Part shown: positions 14,488 to 30,251 of the stretch, one piece after another
Position numbering within the stretch: the first letter of the stretch is position 1
Layout of the letters: every line of letters starts with the position of its first letter
NCBI RefSeq assembly: GCF_006345805.1
Contig: NC_043006.1
Coordinates: forward strand, 57,350,001 to 57,414,000
Direction: 5' to 3'
DNA: 64,000 nt
From: Octopus sinensis
Lineage: Eukaryota
The notes under the pieces: generated by a model
Told to the model about the DNA's origin: nothing
Database searches by the model: none
What the model saw: only the letters and a program-made list of their open reading frames with translations
Translations under genes and position numbers: made by a program

Positions 14488-14941
14488 ATCATCATCATCA
14501 TCATCATCTTTTTATGATGCAGTACGGAAATGTTCATGTAACCATTAAACAGCTAACCAATGAAAAGGATGCGTTTGGCTGTACAGCATTACACTATGCC
14601 TCTCAAGAAGGACGACTGGCTGCGTTAAATGATTTACTCAGGTCCGGAGCAAGCATTAATTCGAAGAACAATGACAGAGCGTCACCATTTCACTTTGCTG
14701 TCCGGTAAGAAATATGTATGTACATGTGATGTCTGCGTGTGCGTGTGTGCAATCTAATTTGCATATGCGAAAATCTAAGCAATAACGGATCTGTTCATTC
14801 TTCATACGCTCTGCTACATTCGAAATTAATGAGATTTTCTCGCTGACAAAAAGCAACAGAGATACACGTCCGAATCGGCCAGAACGTATTAAGAATGAAT
14901 AGATGCATTATTGTGTGGATCCTCCCTATATATATATATAT

Positions 14942-14981
<40 letters not shown>

Positions 14982-15237
14982 CTTATAAATAAGGGCAAAC
15001 GAAAAAGTTTCTAATGCCAAATATGCCGAAAAATTGGACATATTGTCCATTACCATATAATTTTTCACAATACGCACGCTACGTATTGTGAAAAATTATA
15101 TGGTAATGGACAATATGTCCAATTTTTCGGCATATTTTGCATTAGAAACTATGTTTAGCATATAAGCTGTTCACTTTTAGTGGTTAGTCCTCTAAATTTT
15201 GTATATATATATAAACACACACGCACGCGCACACACG

Positions 15238-15311
<74 letters not shown>

Positions 15312-15675
15312 AACACACATACACATACATTCATACGAGGGGTGCTGAAAAGGTCTTGGCTTTATGAGTGTCACGAAGGCCTAATTGCAGGTTCAGCCTT
15401 CCGAGTTCTTTGACAAGGCTTAGAAGAACTGAAGGACTGCTGCTATATGTGTGTGTATCTGAGAGGGAGTTATGTTGAATAAAATCGTAAATAAATGGTC
15501 AGCACGTCTTGCAACGAAAATTTTAGGAAAATAAGGAAGGAAATGAGTGTAAATTTTACCGGTGAGTGTGTTTAATTATAAGGCACTAAAAGAGAATGAA
15601 TCACCCCAGACACAACAGAATATGCTTCAACACATGAACTCACATAAAGAATCATGCAAACTAAATCTCAAAACG

Positions 15676-15729
<54 letters not shown>

Positions 15730-16614
15730 AAAACCATATAACACAAGCCTTCTGTAGTTTTTTTCACTCTTTTTGTCTTTTATATATATATATATATATA
15801 ACTAATGTAAGATAAAAGTTTTTCCGGGAAAAAATTTTTTATCAATGGCCAGCATATCAAAAAATACCTTTAAAGGTTAAATTTATAAATAATTTACAAA
15901 ATAAGGGCAAAAGAAAAATTCTAATGCCTAATATGCCGAAAAAAAGACAAAATTGTCAATCAACATTATAATTTATGCGTCTCGAAACAAACCGATAGAA
16001 ATTTCTAAAAAATCTGTTATTACCGTATTGGTCCCAATTTCGGGGTTAATTCATAAGAATTTTCCCCTCTTCAGCGATAAATACGTGAGATATAAGTGAA
16101 ATACTTACTCATACCCACGAAAAAAGCAAGTACTAAGTCCTGAGCAGACCTAAGTACCCCAAATATATCCAAAATAGAAAATCTTCGGCATATCTCGAGA
16201 CACGTGTGATTCGAACTAGAAATTTTCACAGAGTGAGAGAATCCGGAAGTGAACACTATTAAATTTATAACTAATGTAGGTTAAATTTTTTTCGGGAAAA
16301 AATATTTTATCAATGGCCAGCATATCAAAAAATACCTTTAAAGGTTAAATTTTAAAATAATTTACAAAATAAGGGCAAAAGAACAATTCTAATGCCAAAT
16401 ATGCCGAAAAAAAGACAAAATTGTCAATAACCATTATAACTTATGCGTCTCGAAACAAACATACATACATACATACATACATACATACATACATACATAA
16501 GAGCGTAGGCTCGAAACGTAAAAAACTTTTTCTATTCCTGAGCACTATACTAATACATCTGTTTGTTTTGTACACCACCTGTCTTCGTCTTTTGTTTATT
16601 TTCGTAAACTTTCC

Positions 16615-16655
<41 letters not shown>

Positions 16656-16756
16656 CACACACACACATACATTTAGAAGAACATGCATATATATATATAT
16701 ACATATATATGCGTGCGTGCGTGGGTATGTGTGTGAGTGTGTGTGAGTGTGTGTGT

Positions 16757-16806
<50 letters not shown>

Positions 16807-17226
16807 TAGACACAGTATATACGACTCATTAATTACATATTCAAATTAATTAGGTATGGAAGATACAAGAGCTGTTGTAAACTTCTGGATAGTATACAAG
16901 GCAAAAACATCCTGAACGAAACTGATGGAAAAGGAATGAGTGCTATGCACATAGCAGCAGAAAACGGTCATGTCAAGATTTTGGATCTGCTGATTACAAG
17001 AGGAGCAGTCGTTTCAAAGTAAGTTGATAATTTAACAATGGAATTCTACATTTTCTTAAAATATTAAACAACATTTTAATTGATAGTTCTTTTCATATAT
17101 TAATACAATACCTTCTCTGTTAACATTTTACATACACACATACATACATACATACATACATACACACACACACATACATACATACATACATACATACATA
17201 CATACATACATACATACATACATACA

Positions 17227-17257
<31 letters not shown>

Positions 17258-17465
17258 TCAGTACACCATTAGTACACCAACTCAACCACATACTTATAAA
17301 CGCCAGGAACTTTCTTGACTCTAAAAGTCTTGTCGCTTTGTTAGCTTGAACTCTCCGAAGAAGAACTTACATAAAACTCAAAGAAAAATCATACACACGT
17401 ACACATACATCCATCCATACATACATACATACATACATACATACATACATACATACATACATACA

Positions 17466-17497
<32 letters not shown>

Positions 17498-17910
17498 AAT
17501 ATCTCTTTGAAAATCAAAGAAAAGCGGATATCTATGGATAACTGCTTCGAAACCTCCAGTTTCTATGTCCAGACTATGAATTCATATTCATACCAATAAT
17601 AATTGGAGCACTAGGTTTTGTTAGTAAATGCTTAAAGGAGAATCTGGATAAAATGAGATTTTCAGAAAGAGAAATTGACCGGCTGTTTCGTACATTACAA
17701 AAACAATCTGTGAGTGGAACTGTAAAAATATGCAAGACTTTTCTCATGTTCTAAATGTGAATTTGTGTGTTACTACATCCCAAAGATGGAGCCTTGTATC
17801 TTTGTTGGAAACCGGCTCCCTCCGCAATGGAAGATTTATAATAATTTAAAAAATGGAAGAGACACATACATACATACATACATACATACATACATACATA
17901 CATACATACA

Positions 17911-17942
<32 letters not shown>

Positions 17943-19953
17943 AATATCTCTTTGAAAATCAAAGAAAAAGCGGATATCTATGGACAACTGCTTGGAAACC
18001 TCCAGTTTCTATATCCAGACTATGAATTCATATTCATACCAATAATAATTGGAGCACTAGGTTTTGTTAGTAAATGCTTAAAGGAGAATCTGGATAAAAT
18101 GAGATTTTCAGAAAGAGAAATTGACCGGCTGATTCGTACATTACAAAAACAATCTGTGAGTGGAACTGTAAAAATATGCAAGACTTTTCTCATGTTCCAA
18201 ATGTGAATTTGTGTGTTACTACATCCCAAAGATGGAGCCTTGTATCTTTGTTGGTAATCGGCTCCCTCCGCAATGGAAGATTTATAATAATTTAAAAAAT
18301 GGAAGAGACACATACATGCATGCATACATACATACATACATACATACATACATACATACATACATACATACATACATACACACACATACATACATATATA
18401 CATACATACATACATACATACACACATACATACATACATACATACATACATACATACATACATACATACATACATACATACATACATACATGTTGCATGT
18501 ATATATGCCTAAGTTTCTGTTTAGGTTTACAACAGGCAATAACCATTGTTATTAATGTTCTGTCCGTTTGTATTCGGTTACTTAATGGATCGACAAACAG
18601 TTGAGATCAATAAAAACCTACAGGAGATTTCAAAAGTATTGAAGTTGATGTCAGTGCCTAAAAGCATTGAAGACGTATCCTTGATACATATATTCATTTC
18701 GTTTTTCAGAGACAATAGAAATAATTCTCCTCTTCACCATGCTGCCGCCAACGGTTATACGAAAAGTATTACATTGTTATTAAATGTCCACTGTTATTTG
18801 ATGAACGCTACAAATGTAGATGGGGTAAGTCAGATACAATTTATAAACTAGGCGTAAGGATAACGGGTAAAAACACCCTTCTGTTATGAATTACCATGGG
18901 GTTGCACCTAAAATTTTCGCCTCTGAGGCACAAGTCCGGGCAAGGTTTTTTATGGAAGACCAGCAGTCACCCATGCATACTAGTCTTGCCTCTCAAAACC
19001 GATGTTTTCCAATGGAAAAGCAAAGGTAATTTGGGTGATTTCCAAAAGTCTTTTGCTTAGGAGTGCTACTGAGGAGTGCCATCGGTTCGTGACAAACTCG
19101 GAAATGTCAGACGGTCCTGTCCAAGATGCGCATGCAGAACGAAATCGTTCTGCATGCGCTCCTTCAATGTCCGACTATGACTGACTTGTAGATTCATGTA
19201 AAACAGCAACTGTTGCGTGTGAGGTGGACCCGGCTGTTCGGCAAGTCTATGGTGATGCTTGCCCTCGTCCACTTGTCTGGCTAAAGACAGAAAGAGAAGG
19301 TAGTTTTCCTCTGTTTGATTGCTATAGCGAAGTTTTATGGTGGACGTGGTTGATTGATATGAGGACAGGGACTTTCCTCTTTGATAGAGTTCTTGTCGTC
19401 CTCAAGTTTCATTCGAGATGGCAGGTGAAAGTGGAAATAGAGGTTCTGTCCTCGAATGAATTTATCGAAATGTACGTAATAGTTGAGAAAATGGTAAGAG
19501 TGGATGGCACCATTCATAAGTATAGACCTATAAGCTGGAGAGCAAAATTATTGTTCGGGGAGATCTTGTATAAGGAGTTTCTTCAAATGACCCAAGAGAT
19601 CTTTCTATATCACTAGGATTGCATCATCATCATCTACATTTTTGAGACTATACCATCTGTATTTATGTTTCTTTTTTAATCATTCGATTCATTGTAAATT
19701 CCCACATCCTACTGTATCTCCCATCCGTCGCTCTGATGGCAAATAAAAGATATTATCATCATCATTATTATTAAGAAGGCGGTGAATTGGCAGAATTGTT
19801 AGCACGCCGGGTGAAATACTTAACAGTATTTCGTCTGCCGCTACGTTCTGAGTGCAAATTCCGCCGGTGTCGACTTTGCATTTCATCCTTTCGGGGTCGG
19901 TAGGGGTCGATGTAATCCTCCAAATTTGACGCCCTGAGTTTCCAGAAGAAAGG

Positions 19954-20050
<97 letters not shown>

Positions 20051-20844
20051 CATTATTATTATAGTTGTTGTTGTTGTTGTTGCTAATGAATATTTTTTGC
20101 AACATTATATATTCTTACCTATCCCCCATCAAGGAAACGGCTCTGCATTTATCAGCGAAAAACGGCCACACTACAGCAGTGTGTTTACTACTCTCGTGTA
20201 AGGCGAAGATACTCAAAGATAGAAAGAAGATGACATTTTACGACCATATTCTAGAAATGAAAAGTTTCGAAGTGGCGCAGGCTGTAATTGAACATCAGAG
20301 GTAAATAAATGTTTGCAAAGAATTGGAAAGATGGTTGTTGTATGTTGTTAGTTTCTTATAGTTTGTTTCTAATGACCGTGATAACCGTGATGATAGTAAT
20401 CTTTGCGTCGTCGTCGCTTTATCTGTGACAATGATACTGCTGGTGATAATGTTGCCATTAGTAATGTTACTAGTACTGGTGCTGTTGTTGTTGTCGTTGC
20501 CACTGTTGCTGCTGTGTTGTTGTTGCTGTTGTTATTGTTTTTACTGTTGTTGCTGTTGTTTATCCCCATATTTCAGTTCTGATCCAGCCGTGACAATCCA
20601 AAAATTTTTCGTCACCAACCCATTCTCAAGTATTTATGCCTGTAATGGTATTGTAATGCAATATAGTATTCTGTGGTATAATTAAAGTATCAAACATCGA
20701 GAAAAATTTTTTATAGACGACTGTGTAAATGGAGGAAGATTTCACATCTATTTCTAGTAGACAGAATGGTCGTACTGAAACTTCCTCCTGATATCGCTGC
20801 CGTTCTCCATAAATAACGTTGAGAGTGGTAGTGTTGGTGGGAGA

Positions 20845-20882
<38 letters not shown>

Positions 20883-20942
20883 TAACATGTAGGTTAACAG
20901 AAGTAAGCTTAACCGTCGTAAAAAATGACAGTAAATTGTCCT

Positions 20943-20991
<49 letters not shown>

Positions 20992-23900
20992 TGGAAATGG
21001 ATGCGTGGCGTTCTATCATATAATGATGTAAATAATATATATATGTGCATATATACATACATATATGTACATACTTACATAGATATGTATATACATATGC
21101 ATATGTAGGCACAGGACGTCACAGAACGTAAACAACAAGAAATACGAAAACAGGATGAAAAGCGAAATACGAAAACATGGAATATGAACTTTTGTTCGAA
21201 CAACAAACGAATCAAATGGAAAACAAGACAAGTAACAAGACAAGCAACATGATTTGTCGGCTGCTTTATTCCGTATTTCGTAGAGCAATTCACGACAAGA
21301 TACGCCTTCGAGAAAACAGTTGCTCTCGCAGAGAAAATTAAATAAAATTTGAGATTTTGCAGTGGTTCAAAATTGCTAACAAAAACGGGACAGTGAAAAC
21401 AAACAGGAAGGGTTGCTAAGCCTAAACGAGGTGAGGTGACGAACGTGGTGGAACAAGCTTGAACAGGAGACAGACAAGAATGCGTCTGATCCCTGCAACT
21501 GAATCACAAGGAAAGAAACTCAAGTTAGGGAAGAAAAGAAAGGTGGCCGATGGTCATGTGCGAGCAGCGAGAGAGCAAAGGAGGATGAGTGAGGGAGAGA
21601 GAGGGACAGACAGAGAATGGCGAAGGGGAGAGGAAAAGAATTAGAGAAAGGATGAGAGAGAAAAAACGAAAGGAGGAGAAGGGGAGATAAAAAGAATTAG
21701 AGAAAGGATGAGAGAGGAAACGAAAGAGTATTAGAGCGGAATAAGTGTCGCAACAAAATTAAGATAAAGCTTACTTGGAAATGGATGCGTAGCGTTCAAT
21801 CATATAATAATATAAATGATATATATACAGATATGTACATACATATATATCTATATACATACGCATATGTGGGCACAGGACATCACAAAACATAAACAAC
21901 ATGAAATACGAAATACGAATACATGGAATATGAACTTTTTTTCGAACAACGAAAGAAACAAATGGAAAACAAGATAAGCAACATAAAGAACGACCCTTCA
22001 TCCGTTGTCGGCCATTTTTCTACTCCGTATTTCAAGCAATTCACAACAAGATACGCCTTCGACAAAACAGTTGCTCCCGAAAATAGATGTGGAAACAACA
22101 CAGAAATAATTTAACACATTTTAATTTAGAAAGAAATTAATAAAATGATTTTTAAAAATTTATATATATATAGAAAATATAAAATATTACCGGTTTCGAT
22201 GATGAATTTCGTCTTATCAAATGTTAATAAAAATTTGAAATTTGAAGTAAAAACAGTTTGTATTTATCTTCTGTTTGGTGGGTAGAACATGTCTGGAGTT
22301 TTCCCGTAAAGTTTTCAATAAATATAGTTTGTTTGTAAATAATTTGGTATAGAGTTCAAGGTGTTAGAGAGAAAGAGAGGGGTGTAGTTGTCTATCTACA
22401 AAAATCTATGCGTTCTTGCCGAGGGAATAGCTAAAATGATTATTAATTTGCACTATCAAATATATGTTTACATTGTTTATAAGTTGTGAAAATATGATGA
22501 TTTTCAACCAATCATGTTACCGTAAAAATCAATCTAATATTATCTTCTTCAGATGGGAGGAGATTATGGCACAACCTTCAGAAATCTACGGTCAAACGAT
22601 TGTAGGACTCGTTAGAGAACTGCCTGATGTCTGTTTGGTTGGTATATATTTCCAGAATTTCTCTTTTATGATTTATAGCTCAGTTTCGTTTGAAAACAAA
22701 ATGACCTAAAGTTGTAGATAACTATAAATATTATAAAAGATAGTACAATATAAACTGTTGCGATATTTCGCATGATTGCGATGCGTTCTCGTTACAGATT
22801 ACAAATATTTCTTGTGTTCTCACAACGAAAATATAATTTATCCTGTTCAAATAATGCGTACTGTGCCTATATTTATGTATAAGTTTTCATGTTCCGATTC
22901 TCCAGTTTATCTTTAATTCAAAATGCCATTTGCACATGCGTTATTGCAAGCAGAATCTTAACCACACTGTGAAACAAGAAATTACTATACATTGACTCCG
23001 ACACAAATAATCATTATACATTGTAAGTGTTGAGACATAGAATAACTACTGAAATACTGATAACAAAGGTATTTGGTTAGTTAAAGCTTTAGAACGTCAG
23101 GCAAGATTACTCACGGGAATAAATTATGGCCAATTACACTCTGAATTCAAATCTGATTTCTACGTTGACTTTCGTCTTTCCGGGATCGATAAAATATAGA
23201 TTCAGCTTGATGTAGTCGATTATACTCCTACCCACAAATTCATCACCTGTAAAAATAACAGGAATCCCTATGTCCTGCCACTGTTTTACAATCCTTTATT
23301 GCATCTTTTCAAAAGGTCAACATGTCTTGTTTTATAAGTACAAAACCAGTAAACTAGCGAGCTATGGCAATTTTTATCCCAGGTACGTAACTCCTCTTAG
23401 CTTCAATGTAACAATTACATACTTGCTTATACGTCACCGTGCTGAAGAGAGCAACTAGTTTGTACATGTAAAGAGTTCTTTCTGCCATTTGCAGGCGTAT
23501 TTTGATTTGCAAAGCTCATGAACAATTTGATCGATTAATTTACCATGAAGAATTTAATGTATACATAACAACATAAAAATATATATATTTGGATAGAGCA
23601 TATCATATGGTAGTAGAATATTATTTTAACTGCTATTTGTAAATTTCGGTATGTGGTGAAGGAAATTTTGCTGAACCCTAATTATAATTATGCTCATAAT
23701 TATAGGATTTTTGTATAAGTTTACCGATAATGGTTCTTTTAACATACCAAACTACTTGGTAAAATTATTAATTGATTAATTAATTTTACCCTTTATCATT
23801 ATTGATAATATTTGGATAGAAATAGCTAGATGTGTGTACCTCACGATAGTCGAAGTTAATGGAAGAAAACTCATGGAGTGACTTGCATGTTTATTTGTCT

Positions 23901-24856
23901 GTGGTGTCTTGTTCCAACTATGCAAATTATATTGAACCTGAGAAACTACATAAGATAAAATACTTTCGAATATAATATTATTACACACATGTGAGTGAGA
24001 ACACTTCGAGATATTTTTGGTATCTAAATATGTCAGATACTGCGAGCGCTGCTTCTGATTGGTCAATCCATGGTGATAACCCGAGGTCACGGTGACAGCG
24101 CTGCTTCTGATTGGTCAATTCATGGTGATGACCCGAGGTCACGGTGACGGCACTACTTTTGTCATTCATAAGTTACAACTAAACGTGAAGAATTTAGTTA
24201 TTGGGTTAATAAAATATGGTCGTTTATTCGTGTGTAATAAATAAAATACCAAACTCATTCCCTATAGATACCGTATTTATTACAACTAGTGGCTTGTAAA
24301 CGTATCTAACGAGCGAAAGCGAGTTAGATACGTTTACAAGCCACGAGTTGTAATAAATACGGTATCTATAGGGAACTCGTTTGGTATTCTCTATTTCTTC
24401 TACAAAGATCTGTGATAACGGTACGATAGTATGACCAGTGGCCAGTGTCCGAAATCAGTAAAACAATAAACAAATATGTACAAAACCTCACAGTTGTATA
24501 GTTACGTATCTATGAAATATTTCTCAAATTGACGACCAAGGTAGTTGTTTCTAAACTCCATGTCAACACTAATAGCATAGATCCAGAATTACAAGTACAC
24601 AAATCATAGTCACCTCCCCTTATAGAGATATCTTTTATCTGTTACTTGTTTCAGTAATTTGACTGCGGCCATGCTGGGACACTGCCTTGAAGGGGTTTTC
24701 GTCGAGCAGATTGACCACCAGGACTTATTTCTTTTTAAGTTTAATACTTATTTTATCGATCTCTAATGCCGAACCGCTAAGTTACGGGACGTAAACACAC
24801 CAGTACCGGTTGTCAAGCAGTACACACACACACATACGACCACATACACACACATA

Positions 24857-24890
<34 letters not shown>

Positions 24891-25608
24891 TACGACCACC
24901 TTTGTTTACTTTCCGTCTACCAAATCCACTTACCCAAGACGCCACACAGTGGAACTGAACCTGGAACTATGCACCTATATCGAACTTCATTATCGAGTGT
25001 GTGTGTGTGTGTTTTTTTTTGTGTGTGAAACGGCAGTGTGTGCTTTGAAAAAAATCTAACAACCACATAGAACACCCTTAATGAGCAAAGTAGTTTCGTA
25101 ATTAAATCTATTTTAAAATAACTGCATTTCTAATCTTACCGTGCACCTCTGCTTCTATCTAGAGCTTGATGGACCGTTGTACCACACCTTCAAAAGAGGA
25201 TCCTAAGTATAAAAAATTTTCTGTAAGTTAATTGTCTTTTCTACAACCTTTCAATTATATACATTCTTCTTTCGGTGCATTGACAACCTATTGGATGTTA
25301 CTTCTAATGACACATTCTCTTCAACAGACGAAATTACTCTTCTGTCCAGCTTCACTTTCAGCACATACTCTTTTACTCATTTATTTGTTTCAGTCATGTG
25401 ACTGTGGCCATGCTGGAGCACCGCCTTTAGTCGAGCAAATCGACCCCAGGACTTATTCTTTGTAAGCCTAGTACTTATTCTATTGGTCTCTTTTGTCGAA
25501 CCGCTAAGTTACGGGGACGTAAACACACCATCATCTCTTGTCAAACGATGTTGGGGGGGGCAAACACAAACACATACACACACACACACACGCACGCACA
25601 CACACACA

Positions 25609-25639
<31 letters not shown>

Positions 25640-25659
25640 CACAACACACACACACACAC

Positions 25660-25693
<34 letters not shown>

Positions 25694-25716
25694 ATATATA
25701 TATATATATATTATAT

Positions 25717-25798
<82 letters not shown>

Positions 25799-28700
25799 TA
25801 CGACGGGCTTCTTTCAGTTTCCGTCTACCAAATCCACTTGGTCGGCCCGAGGCTATAATAGAAGACACTTGCCCAAGGTGCCACGCAGTGGGACTGGACC
25901 CGGAACCATGTGGTTGGTAGGCAAGCTACTTACCACACAGCCACTCCTACGCCTATATTTTGCGCCTATAACGCCTACATAGGCGTTATCTTCATGTAAT
26001 CGAGACCAACTTTCACATCAAACTTTCATTGCTGCGATATCATTCAGTCAAAGCTATACCTGTTAGATGACTTTTGTTTGCCAGGCCATTCACATTGAGA
26101 CGTCGATGCCAGATAGTATTGATGCTGACACATTGTTGAAGGTCACCAGACAGCTGCGGAGTTGCATTCGTTGATATCTGAAACCTCTCCTACACACGTC
26201 GTCTCAGAATATGGCGACCTTGGCTGGTTGTGGTGATGCAAGGTATTTCTGGTCGGGCTTGATCTGCTAAGGCCCCACTAGTGCTAACACGAGTCTGCAG
26301 AATGTGAATAGCAGAAACGTGTACATTGAATACGTTTACATGTCTACTTGACATCGACTATAGAATCAAAGTGGCCAAGACTAATTTACCCTTACCATAA
26401 ACCGAGTCACTCCTGTACATCAGCATCCTATCCAATCAGCATCCTCTGCAATCACTAGTGTTTCTATCAAGATTTCTAACACATCAGCAAATGATGATAT
26501 CTTTAATAATCATGCCTTATATTACAACGCAGCTCTTCAAATCAGCAGCTTCCGCGATATTTCTACTAAAAATAAAACTCGCATTTCTCTTTCCCAGTGC
26601 AGATCCTGGCCCCGCCAGGTTTACTTCTACCTGCTCGCATCCCCTCAATCTGAAACTGAACTCCTCTATGCCCAGCACTCACCCGGTTTTCTGGCCGTCT
26701 CGAAGGTTAGATAACTCCAAACCTCCCTAAGTAGGCCTACTCATCACACCACCGCGTACTAAGCCCTTATAACAGAGAAAGAAGTAATCAAACGTTAAGA
26801 TTTGGATAAGTCGAATAAGCGACGATTTATTCCTCTTGTTATAAAAATAAAATTACCAAAAGAGAATGATAATTAAATTACATTCTGAGACAAGGATTTA
26901 AATGACTTCAGTTCTGCTAGGTCTGTTGTTGGGGCTGTGGTCTGCTGTCTGTTGTGGTAACAATGAATACCGGAGAAGGCTGGTTGAAGAAAGTTGTTTT
27001 ACAGGCTGGTGTCTGGTTCATCGACGCTGGTCCAAAGAGACGTGTTGTGTGGTCAATAGCTGCTGCCAAAGACGAAGCGAAACAATACACGGGTTCTTAT
27101 AACCTTGGGTAGGCTCCAGAGACAAAGTGGTCTTACCCACGTTGAAAACAAAGTGTTGCAAACACGTGATTTGACAGTTAGTAACCGACCAATACATGCA
27201 ACTAGTTTGGAAAACCACTGGATCATTTGACTCAATGGAAAGAAAAGGTTCGGTGAGCCCATTCTGCTGTATTTAAACTTAAACAACCTAACATAATAAA
27301 AGCATTACACACTTCTGCTACACCTTCCAAGGGCAGAAAGCGGGAGATCTTATGGTTCACGCAACAATGTCTCTTCAAGTTAAATATTTATCCAAGCTAT
27401 TTTTCAAAATCCAAAGCTCCAATTTCCCACCACAACATAAATACAACTTCACCTTTAATAAATCTCCGATTAAAATCTGCTACTCTGTAACACCAAACTT
27501 GGAATACATAATCGCATCCTCTAATAGGCACAAACGAAGTCTCCTTACGGTGAGCCCTACGATCTATCCTTCTGAACCCATCCCAATCTACCTGATAATA
27601 ATAATACTACAACCTCGGAAACCTTACCCCCTTCAATAATAGCAACCTCGTTACAACCACCCCGGCTACTAGATACCTGACTACCGCCCACTTCCAGCCC
27701 AACACTAGTAATGATAACACCTCAGGTTCTTCTTTGAGGATAACAGATCATATGAACAAGACCAGGTCACGGATCAATCCAGCCCACAGCTGGTAGGAAA
27801 ACCTGCAATTTCCGGGTCTCCCAACTTTGCCTGTTGGATGGTTTTTGTGTATGATATAATGTACTATATAAATGCCGGGTAATAACATTATGATCCCACC
27901 AGGCTAGGAACTACATACGTGGCACAGTTGATTTCAAGCGCCGCTATTGGAGTTCACATGAATTCGTTTAAAAAGCGAGCCTCTAAACTCTCAACCTCGG
28001 TAGCTACATACACAACTTCAAGTCCCGGAATATTCGCTGTACCTTATCCTGGTTCATTGTTTGAGAGATTTCTCCGTACAATACTAACCACCTTGTTTGT
28101 AAATTGTGTTAAAAAAAACCGGTCGCTATTCTCCGCCGCCATAACACTTCATTAGTCAATAGGTACCTTGACGTAATCTTTCATGTTAGCATAAATTTTA
28201 CTACATCTTTGCCCATTAAGCAAAGTATCTGTAATCTTTCCTAAATATTAAGCCCTAACTTATCACTTAGCTATGTTTGCAGCTGCGTTCAGGCTTAGGC
28301 ACCTCTGGCTTTACCTGGACGGTGAGCAGATGTGGTATCCGTTCGTCAGGCTGTTATTTCCACAGTTCACATCGTTTACCAAACTGAACCCATGGATTAA
28401 GTGTAGAACGAGGTTGGGCGTGTGGCATGTAGAGTGCCATCAGGCACTCGTGCTTCTCTCCCAGTCGGGCAACGCCGATGGCGGGGGTACTACCTCGTTC
28501 TTCTATAGAGGGTTAGTAGAATTTAAGTGTGACGACGTCCTGGGAGAAACCCTGGGCTTCAACGAAAATCAACTGGCCAGCCTGTTCCAAAGAACATTCG
28601 GTCCGGGGCCTATGGATAATTACCAAAAGTCCCTGTCCTGGCAATGTTACAGAGGAGCTTTACCGGTTCGAGATAAGTTCTTTAGACATAGGCGTGCACT

Positions 28701-30193
28701 TTCGCCGGTTTGTGCAAGATGTGAGAGGGACAGTGAAACTGTCCTGCACGCGATTGTGCAATGCCCCAAGGTGACTGAACTCTGGGCTTATGTCGAACAC
28801 CTGCTGTCGCATTCGAGAAGAGTACAACCTGTCGAGCGAATCTGTAATTAAGATAGTTCCTCCGACCTCCCTGAATAGGAAGGAGCGAGTCTGTTTTCTC
28901 TCGGTAGTTGCTGTGGCGAAAGAAGTAGTATGAAAGACGAGAGTGAAAGGAATTGCAACAGGCATGTTTATCTCCAGTATCGAGCTAATCGACTTTTTCG
29001 TTTTCCACATGAAACGGAAAATAAGGCTGGAGAAGAAATGCCTGTCGCAAAGTGTGTTTCGTAAAAGATGGAAGTACATAGCAAGGATGTTACGAGTGAA
29101 AGAACCTGTTTAATCGAGAATGTAAAAAAGGAAAAAGCAAAGTCTTCAGTGTGGGTATGTGGTTTGTGGGGTCAACCGCGCCCTCCGCTTCATTTTTTGT
29201 TATTCACTCATTCTCATTTAATTGTATATATTTTGATTGTTTGATTATTCATACGTTTCGTCTCATTCGATGCCCTGACCCCAACGTTTGTTTTGTCTGT
29301 CCCCGTATTGTCCCCTCTTTTTCTCAACCTTATGGTGAATAAAGAAATTCTCTCTCTCTCTCTTCTCCTTACACCTTTCTCCATATCTCAGAATATCTTC
29401 CTCCACCACTACCCTACTCTTATTCCTTGAATTCTTTCCAGCTCCCATCTCTAATAAACTCAGTCTACTCAACTCTATTTTCCTCGTACCTTTCACAACA
29501 ACCTCCTTCCTCGGCTACCCTCACCTCCATTCCTTTATTTCACTCATTCTCTCTTCCTGTCTTTCTCTATAGCTAGCGGCCATCCCTAGCTGATTTAAGA
29601 TCTGCATTGAGACATACCACAACCAGTGGCGCCACCTTTCACCATATTGGCCTCCTCCCTCAGGCTCATCTCTTCTACCTCCATTCACTTCCCCGATTAC
29701 TGACCTCCTCCTACTTCTCCCCACCATGTATCTCTTCTTGCTCTTCTACTTCTCTCCTTCTCTACTTCCCTTCCCTAATCTGCTTATATCTATCCTTTCC
29801 ATGCCTTTTACTCCTTCCTCGTTTCCACTTCAACCTTTAAATTTCTCGCATAACTACCTGAACTGCTATTGCCAAATTCTTTCGAATAGTAATATCTCTA
29901 TGCGACAATTCACTGGCGGTATAGCCATAACGTTTTGCACATTCCGTCTAATAGACATGTACATAACAATCATTACGTAATTCCGAATTTCCAGAAACAG
30001 CCGTCGAGTTAAAAAAGGTATGCATTCTCTTCTTAGTATTGTGTATTTTATATTGTATGTAAATTCATTTGTGTGTGTGAGTGTGTTGTGTGTGTGTGTG
30101 AGTGTGTGTGTGTGTGTGTGTGTTGTGTGTGTGTGTGTGTGTGGTGTGTGTGTGTGTGTGTGTGTTGTGTGTGTGTGTGTGCGCGCGTTTGTT

Positions 30194-30251
<58 letters not shown>

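Noticed and set aside
26792-27293. Possible solo LTR (also 49406-49929, TG...CA ends)
   Set aside because: No clean TSD and no second copy or internal domain in the window.
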